DNA of 29,201 bases, from the NCBI GenBank assembly GCA_043813605.1, contig JBDRKX010000046.1, positions 1 to 29,201 of the forward strand, read 5' to 3'. Shown one piece after another: positions 24,308-29,201 of the stretch; the first letter of the stretch is position 1; each line of letters opens with the position of its first letter. A program made the translations under genes and the position numbers. The notes beneath the pieces are model-generated. The model was not told where the DNA came from. It did not search any database and saw nothing but the letters and a program-made list of their open reading frames with translations. The stretch comes from Elusimicrobiota bacterium. GTDB lineage: Bacteria; CG03; SLGR01; JBDRKX01.

Positions 24308-24728
24308 GTTTCCTCAGTGGATGCTTATCTCCTTTGTATGCGTCTGATAAAAGGAGGTTTCTCATATCATCGTTCCCCTCAAATTCGATCCCAAACAGCT
24401 CATTAAGTTCTCTCTCTATCCATTTTGCTCCTGTAATTATATCGGTTATGGTATCCACCCGGGGATTTTTCTTATCCAGTTTAACCCTTAAGTTAAAAAG
24501 CAGCCCCTCGCGGTCAAACGAGAAATGGTACACTATTTCCATCCATTCTTTCTCATCCACACCGCTTGCGGTAGCAAACCGCATCTTCATCTGGTTGAAC
24601 AGGAATTCCGAAGCCCTGCGAATAAAAGCAGGGGATATTTCCATATATACCCGCCTTTGATTATGTATCTTTTCTTCAAGCAGGTTCTTCCCGAAATTCT
24701 TTCTTATAATATTAAGCAGATCACTCAC
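24300..24728 (-). CDS. NuoC/MbhK/EchD-like subunit
   Basis: ATASGVD, EIVYHF, WIERELNELFGIEFEG, PLRK. Confidence 0.9.
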   Translation of the reverse strand: MSDLLNIIRKNFGKNLLEEKIHNQRRVYMEISPAFIRRASEFLFNQMKMRFATASGVDEKEWMEIVYHFSFDREGLLFNLRVKLDKKNPRVDTITDIITGAKWIERELNELFGIEFEGNDDMRNLLLSDAYKGDKHPLRKHD

Positions 24729-25177
24729 AATTTTTTTACTCCCGAAACTTTCTTTTTCTTCTTTCCTTCTTTTTGTATTTTCTCTATCAGCTTAACCATG
24801 CCGGATATTATCGCTTCCGGCCTCGGTGGACATCCGGGAACATATACGTCCACAGGAACATGTCTGTCTGCCGGACCGACACAGTTGTAAGAACCTCTGA
24901 ATATCCCTGTCCCAGCCGGACATGTGCCTATAGCGACTATATAGCACGGTTTCGGTGCCTGTTCGTATATAGCCTTAAGCCTGGGAAGACATTTCGAATT
25001 TATTATTCCGGTCAACAGCATGCAATCCGCATGACGTATACTTCCGACCAGTTTTATGCCGAACCTCTCGGCATCATACCGCGGCGTAAGTACATCCAGT
25101 ATCTCTATATCACAGTTATTGCACGGCGCCGCCGCGAAATGGTATACCCATATTGATTTTGTAATTATCTTGCTCAT
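24725..25177 (-). CDS. Group 4 [NiFe]-hydrogenase small subunit (NuoB/MbhJ-like)
   Basis: CNNCDIE, YDAERFGI, RHAD, GTC, PVDVYVPGCPPRPE. Confidence 0.93.
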   Translation of the reverse strand: MSKIITKSIWVYHFAAAPCNNCDIEILDVLTPRYDAERFGIKLVGSIRHADCMLLTGIINSKCLPRLKAIYEQAPKPCYIVAIGTCPAGTGIFRGSYNCVGPADRHVPVDVYVPGCPPRPEAIISGMVKLIEKIQKEGKKKKKVSGVKKL

Positions 25178-26079
25178 AGTCCTATATATGCCAGTAACAC
25201 TGCCAGAAAAGATACCATTGTCACCGGACCCCAGAAAAATCTGAGTGTCTGATTTATCCGTAATCTCGGATTAGTATTTTTTATGAGTATCACAAGTACA
25301 AGCACCCCTACATATTTCAGTATCCCGGCAGGAGACCCTATGCCGCCAAGAAAAAGGATCACCATAAACAGCGGCAGCAATCCCATAAGGATCCACCTGG
25401 ATACTACGAACAACCCCAGCGGCGGTCCGGTATACTCAATGATAGCTCCGCCCATTATCTCCTGTTCCGCCTCCGGCAGGTCAAATGGCACCTGCCCCAT
25501 CTTTGACTGCAGGCATAGCAGTGTAACAATAAATGCTATACAACCGGATAAAGATCCCGCTACTATCCCGTTCCCTGCCTGATGCTCCAGTATCTCTCCT
25601 ATGCCTACCGCACCGCCTATTTTGATAAACACAACGCATACAGCCAATATCAACGGAAGTTCATACGAAATGGCCATCTTCATCTCTCGTGATGCGCCTA
25701 TTGAAGCAAGCGGATTTGCCGAAGCGGCTCCGCCCATTATTATTGCAAATGACGGAATCATCAAAAGATATATAATTGCAATGACATCACCTACGAAGCC
25801 GCTTTGTGACAAAACTCCCTTTACCAGTATCATTGATACCAGTATCAGTGACGAAAAACTGATGACCGGCGCAAGCAAAAAGATAAAACGGTTTGCATTT
25901 GCCGGTATAACCGTCTCTTTCTTCATAAGTTTTAAAAAATCATATACGGACTGTAAAAGCGGCGGCCCCACTCGCCACTGGATAAGCGCCGAGACCTTCC
26001 TGTCTATCCAGGAAACTGTAAAAGCTAGGATAAGCGTGAATATCAATCCAGGGAACAGGATATATTCTAAAAGTATCAT
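25174..26079 (-). CDS. NuoH/MbhM/HycD-like membrane anchor subunit
   Basis: DRKVSALIQWRVGPP, DFLKLMKKE, GASRE, PFDLPEAEQEIMGG..EY, PRLR. Confidence 0.93.
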   Translation of the reverse strand: MILLEYILFPGLIFTLILAFTVSWIDRKVSALIQWRVGPPLLQSVYDFLKLMKKETVIPANANRFIFLLAPVISFSSLILVSMILVKGVLSQSGFVGDVIAIIYLLMIPSFAIIMGGAASANPLASIGASREMKMAISYELPLILAVCVVFIKIGGAVGIGEILEHQAGNGIVAGSLSGCIAFIVTLLCLQSKMGQVPFDLPEAEQEIMGGAIIEYTGPPLGLFVVSRWILMGLLPLFMVILFLGGIGSPAGILKYVGVLVLVILIKNTNPRLRINQTLRFFWGPVTMVSFLAVLLAYIGL

Positions 26080-26486
26080 TTCCAGTCCTTTGCCTTAACA
26101 GCTACAATACCGTCAATCTCTATCCATCCATCAGGAGTTTTTTCAACTTCGTCTATCGCGCCTTGTTTGCATATTTTTTTACATCTTTCGATATCCAGCT
26201 TATATGCCGGGTACGTTTTATATGTCAGCAGTTCTTCAGGATTTGCCCCCACCGGACATGCGCTTGCACACTGTTTACAGGATACGCACTTCATCAGATA
26301 ACGGACCAGGTCTTCACCTTCTTTTTTTTCAAGTGCCTCCTGCGGACACGCCGCCACACATGCAGGGTTTTCACAATGCCTGCATACAACTGCCCGGATC
26401 CCTCTTTCTATAAGGCTATAAAGCCCCGGCTGGGCCTGCCGGCATTTTGTACACCCGTAACATTTATCAAGATCCAGTGTTATCAT
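26076..26486 (-). CDS. Multi-[4Fe-4S] ferredoxin-like electron transfer protein
   Basis: CYGCTKC, CRHCENPACVAACP, CVSCKQCASACP. Confidence 0.85.
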   Translation of the reverse strand: MITLDLDKCYGCTKCRQAQPGLYSLIERGIRAVVCRHCENPACVAACPQEALEKKEGEDLVRYLMKCVSCKQCASACPVGANPEELLTYKTYPAYKLDIERCKKICKQGAIDEVEKTPDGWIEIDGIVAVKAKDWK

Positions 26487-26487
26487 A

Positions 26488-27303
26488 TCAATCCCATACG
26501 TCCGGTATATCCTTTACATCACTGTAGGCAAAAACCGGGCCATCTTTGCACACGTAATATTTCCCCACCATACAATGCCTGCATTTTCCGAATCCGCATG
26601 TCATATTCTTTTCCAGTGAAACATAAATCCTATCATCGGATATACCCATTTTTTTAAGTTCAATTGTAGCATACTTCATCATAACCGGAGGTCCTACAGC
26701 AACAACCGCGCATGTTTTAACATCTATTTTTACTTTTGAAAGCAGTTTAGTCACGACACCTGTATCTTCCTTCCAATCCGTATCGCCTTCGTCCACCGTC
26801 CGGTACGTCTCCATGTCACCATCCCATCTGCCGAAACTGCCCTTGTAAAGTATGTCTTTCGAAGACCTGCAGCCATACAGGAAAACCACCCTGGGATAAT
26901 GATTCCTGTTATCTATTATCTCATATATGAGTGTCCTCAAAGGTGCCAGGCCGCAACCGCCTCCTATAATAAGCAATTCCCTGTTTCTGAGCTTTTCTAC
27001 CGGAAACCCGTTTCCATACGGTCCCCTTACTGCAAGCATATCGCCGGCCTTCTTGCTGTGAAGTACTTTTGTCGCAACCCCGACTTCCATTACTGTTATC
27101 TCGATGTTTTTGGTCTTTCCCGGTCTTGAAGAAGGAGTAAAAGGCGCTTCTCCTATTCCCGGAACGGTCAGCTGGATGAACTGACCCGTAGCAAAATCTA
27201 TCGGTTCTTCGAGCTCCAACGCGAATGTCTTTATGTTCGGCGTTTCAGTATCTACCCGGGTTATTTTTGCCACTATCGGTTCATAAAGGGGTTTTTCAGT
27301 CAT
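26488..27303 (-). CDS. FAD/NAD(P)-binding [2Fe-2S] subunit (AsrB / sulfhydrogenase gamma / PyrK-like)
   Basis: GQF, GEAPF, RGPYGNGF, GGGCGLAP, VGPPVMM, CGFGKCRHC, VCKDGPVF. Confidence 0.92.
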   Translation of the reverse strand: MTEKPLYEPIVAKITRVDTETPNIKTFALELEEPIDFATGQFIQLTVPGIGEAPFTPSSRPGKTKNIEITVMEVGVATKVLHSKKAGDMLAVRGPYGNGFPVEKLRNRELLIIGGGCGLAPLRTLIYEIIDNRNHYPRVVFLYGCRSSKDILYKGSFGRWDGDMETYRTVDEGDTDWKEDTGVVTKLLSKVKIDVKTCAVVAVGPPVMMKYATIELKKMGISDDRIYVSLEKNMTCGFGKCRHCMVGKYYVCKDGPVFAYSDVKDIPDVWD

Positions 27304-28282
27304 ATAAGCCTTTCAGAGTTTCTCTGATATCTATTTTCCCGGGACAAGTCTGTATACATCGGCCGCAGCCGGTGCATCCGGACATATCGAACTCGTTCTG
27401 CATCAGAGAAAATTTGCATAAATACCTGTTGCGGAATCTCTGCCATAGCTCTTGTCTCGGATTCGCGCCGCCGCCCACACGGGCATAACCCGGGAAATGA
27501 CATGAATCCCACTGCAATACCTTTTTAATTTCTTTCTTTCCGGAAATTTCATTTAGCACGTTGCAGTAACATGTCGGGCACACAAAATTGCAGCCGCCGC
27601 ACTGCATACATTTTTCACTCTTCTCTTCCCAGTAGTCTGCGCTATTGTTGCCTGCCACTTTTTCTCCCATGCCGTCCTTATCATGGTCCAGTTTAAGGTT
27701 CTGCCTGACTTTCCTGCTGCTTGTATCGCGAAGATCGTTTCTTTTTTCTATATCCTCCCGATTAGCTTCGTTTTCCCCAAGTGATCCGGTCATTTTTTCA
27801 CCGGCTTCCGAGCCGGTTTCGATAACAATACCATCATCTGTAAAAGCAAGATTAATGTCGAATCCTTTTTCACAATAAGGTTCCCCTCCCACGGCAGCGC
27901 AGAAACATGTATCCGCAGGAGACGCGCAATCCACAGTAACCAGCTTCAGATTTTCCCTGAAGTTTTTATACACCGTATCTACCGGCTCTTCTTCAAGGAA
28001 CACCCTGTCAAAAACGCCTTTCAGCGCCCTGATATCACAGCTCCTTATTCCGACAAGTATAATCTGCAGAGTATCTTCTTCTTCGATTCCTGCTACAAGG
28101 TTCCGTGCAGGGAAAACAAATTCCTTCACACCGCCCCATACAGGAACTGTATCCCAGCATATATCAATATCTTCGCTATACTCCACGAGTCTGCCCCGTT
28201 CATCGGGTACCATGACCCTGTGGTCTTCCGACCATTCTTTGAACAGTGCTCTCAGTTTTTCGTTTGTTATCTTCCTTATCAT
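27296..28282 (-). CDS. [4Fe-4S] subunit (AsrA / sulfhydrogenase beta-like)
   Basis: GIRSCD, CFC, CMQCGGCNFVCPTCYC, WDSC, CTGCGRCIQTCP. Confidence 0.9.
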   Translation of the reverse strand: MIRKITNEKLRALFKEWSEDHRVMVPDERGRLVEYSEDIDICWDTVPVWGGVKEFVFPARNLVAGIEEEDTLQIILVGIRSCDIRALKGVFDRVFLEEEPVDTVYKNFRENLKLVTVDCASPADTCFCAAVGGEPYCEKGFDINLAFTDDGIVIETGSEAGEKMTGSLGENEANREDIEKRNDLRDTSSRKVRQNLKLDHDKDGMGEKVAGNNSADYWEEKSEKCMQCGGCNFVCPTCYCNVLNEISGKKEIKKVLQWDSCHFPGYARVGGGANPRQELWQRFRNRYLCKFSLMQNEFDMSGCTGCGRCIQTCPGKIDIRETLKGLYD

Positions 28283-28902
28283 CTTTTTTTTCTCACAGCC
28301 AGCTGGTATGACAGATTTTCAAGTTCCAATGCAAGGTCAACATATCTCACATTAACTCCCTCGGGTACATTAAGTGTTACCGGCGCAAAATTCATGATCT
28401 CATTTACTCCCGAACTGACCACCCGTTCCGCTACTTCCTGCGCCCTGTCTGCCGGAACAGATATAACGGCGATATCTATCTGTTTATTTCTGATCTTTCT
28501 TCTCAGCGCAGTTGAAGAATTAATCTCTACGCCGCTCCATTTTTTTCCGATCTTTCGAGGATCCTTGTCAACTATCATCCTGAACTCAAAACCTTCTCTT
28601 CTGAAACCTGGATAATAGAATAAGGCTCTTCCGAGGTTGCCGGCTCCTACAAGCAGAAGGCCCCATTTCCTGTTAAGTCCAAGCACGCCGTCGATATCAT
28701 CTATCAGTTTTCCTATATCGTATCCGACGCCGGTCTTACCTTTCCTTCCGAGTGAAGAAAGATCTCTTCTTACCTGTGCCGATGTATTTGAAAGAACTTG
28801 GGCTATCGCTTTTGAAGTAACCAATTTTTGACCGTTTTTATAAAGATTTTTTAATATCCTATTATAAATTATCAGCCTTTCGACTGTATGATCATTTAAC
28901 AT
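28279..28902 (-). CDS. rex: Redox-sensing transcriptional repressor Rex
   Basis: Winged HTH with QVRRDLS..G..G..GVGY, Rossmann GAGNLGRAL, NFAP. Cognate operator directly upstream. Confidence 0.95.
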   Translation of the reverse strand: MLNDHTVERLIIYNRILKNLYKNGQKLVTSKAIAQVLSNTSAQVRRDLSSLGRKGKTGVGYDIGKLIDDIDGVLGLNRKWGLLLVGAGNLGRALFYYPGFRREGFEFRMIVDKDPRKIGKKWSGVEINSSTALRRKIRNKQIDIAVISVPADRAQEVAERVVSSGVNEIMNFAPVTLNVPEGVNVRYVDLALELENLSYQLAVRKKR

Positions 28903-28910
28903 ATTTTAAT

Positions 28911-28928
28911 TTGTGAAATGTTTCACAA
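28911..28928. promoter_or_regulatory. Rex operator
   Basis: TTGTGAA-ATGT-TTCACAA is an exact match to the TTGTGAA-N4-TTCACAA consensus, 8 nt upstream of the rex ATG. Confidence 0.92.
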
Positions 28929-28943
28929 TGTAATTGTATCTTA

Positions 28944-28972
28944 TTTTTAATATATTTCCCGTGTTTTGTCAA
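28944..28972 (-). promoter_or_regulatory. Candidate promoter of the rex-hydrogenase operon
   Basis: Perfect TTGACA (28972-28967) and a weak -10 TAAAAA at 17-nt spacing in an AT-rich tract, upstream of the Rex operator. Confidence 0.4.
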
Positions 28973-28986
28973 GTCTTCGAATCAAA

Positions 28987-29070
28987 TCATCTAAAATGTA
29001 ACCCGAAGGGCATTCGTCGACTCATTTGAAAATGTAACCCAGATAAAGCCTTTCACATATAATGTACCCC
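28987..29070 (+). repeat. Three imperfect direct repeats TCA-N5/6-AATGTA(A/C)CCC
   Basis: TCATCTAAAATGTAACCC (28987-29004), TCATTTGAAAATGTAACCC (29022-29040), TCACATATAATGTACCCC (29053-29070). Confidence 0.85.
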
Positions 29071-29085
29071 ATGGAGGGTCGCATT

Positions 29086-29201
29086 ATGAAGTTACAATTT
29101 AGAATGAACTATTTGAACAAAATTTATCACAGATATCACAAAGCATTGCGAGATGAAAAAACGCAAATTCTCAATGAGTTCTGTAAGGTCTGCTCATATA
29201 A
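29086..29201 (+). CDS. Transposase N-terminus (partial; not in the supplied ORF track)
   Basis: GGAGG SD at 29073-29077. Translates to MKLQFRMNYLNKIYHRYHKALRDEKTQILNEFCKVCSY, matching from memory the Y-L-x-x-I-x-x-RY-x-x-A...K-x-x-IL-(D/N)EFC-x-x-C-x-Y start of integrase-core transposases. Confidence 0.7.
   Translation, partial: MKLQFRMNYLNKIYHRYHKALRDEKTQILNEFCKVCSY

Larger units (their letters stand above)
28967..29201 (+). mobile_element. Left end of an insertion sequence (DDE/integrase-core, ISNCY-like), truncated by the window
   Basis: Candidate 5'-TGT terminus, three subterminal repeats, then a transposase-like N-terminus. Confidence 0.6.

Noticed and set aside
26488..28282. Anaerobic sulfite reductase AsrABC
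   Set aside because: No siroheme AsrC subunit is present. The pair sits in a hydrogenase operon.
11925..28831. Numerous 60-195 aa plus-strand and alternate-frame ORFs across the hydrogenase operon
   Set aside because: Shadows of well-supported minus-strand genes, with no recognisable motifs.
28987..29070. Repeats as a mini CRISPR array
   Set aside because: Units are short and degenerate, the gaps are only 17 and 12 nt, there are no cas genes, and the transposon-end context explains them better.

Overview
Bacterial chromosome segment, probably from an anaerobic diderm (lineage not determinable from sequence alone), with four parts. (1) 1-1745 is the end of an AT-rich integrative element: a receiver-domain gene coupled to a large serine recombinase. 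The recombinase ORF reads antisense straight through tRNA-Gln(TTG) and into ispE. (2) 1746-11708 contains a minus-strand operon (macrodomain-GAF-HD-GYP fusion, TPR protein, LolB-positioned lipoprotein, ispE, tRNA-Gln). It is divergent from tRNA-Leu(CAA), a PilB/GspE ATPase with a degenerate MshEN motif, a Zn-ribbon-GAF-degenerate HD-GYP protein and a flippase-like protein. A convergent stand-alone MshEN gene, tRNA-fMet and a short mazG follow. Together these look like a c-di-GMP/pilus signalling locus with a possible ADP-ribose input. (3) 11719-28902 is one ~17 kb minus-strand operon: rex, an AsrA/AsrB (sulfhydrogenase beta/gamma)-like NAD(P)H module, a group 4 [NiFe]-hydrogenase, a full Mrp-type antiporter set, a maturation protease and hypFCDE. 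A perfect Rex operator precedes it. (4) 28967-29201 is the left end of an IS-like element (subterminal repeats plus a truncated transposase), whose terminus may supply the -35 box for the hydrogenase operon. All family assignments come from motif recognition, not database searches.
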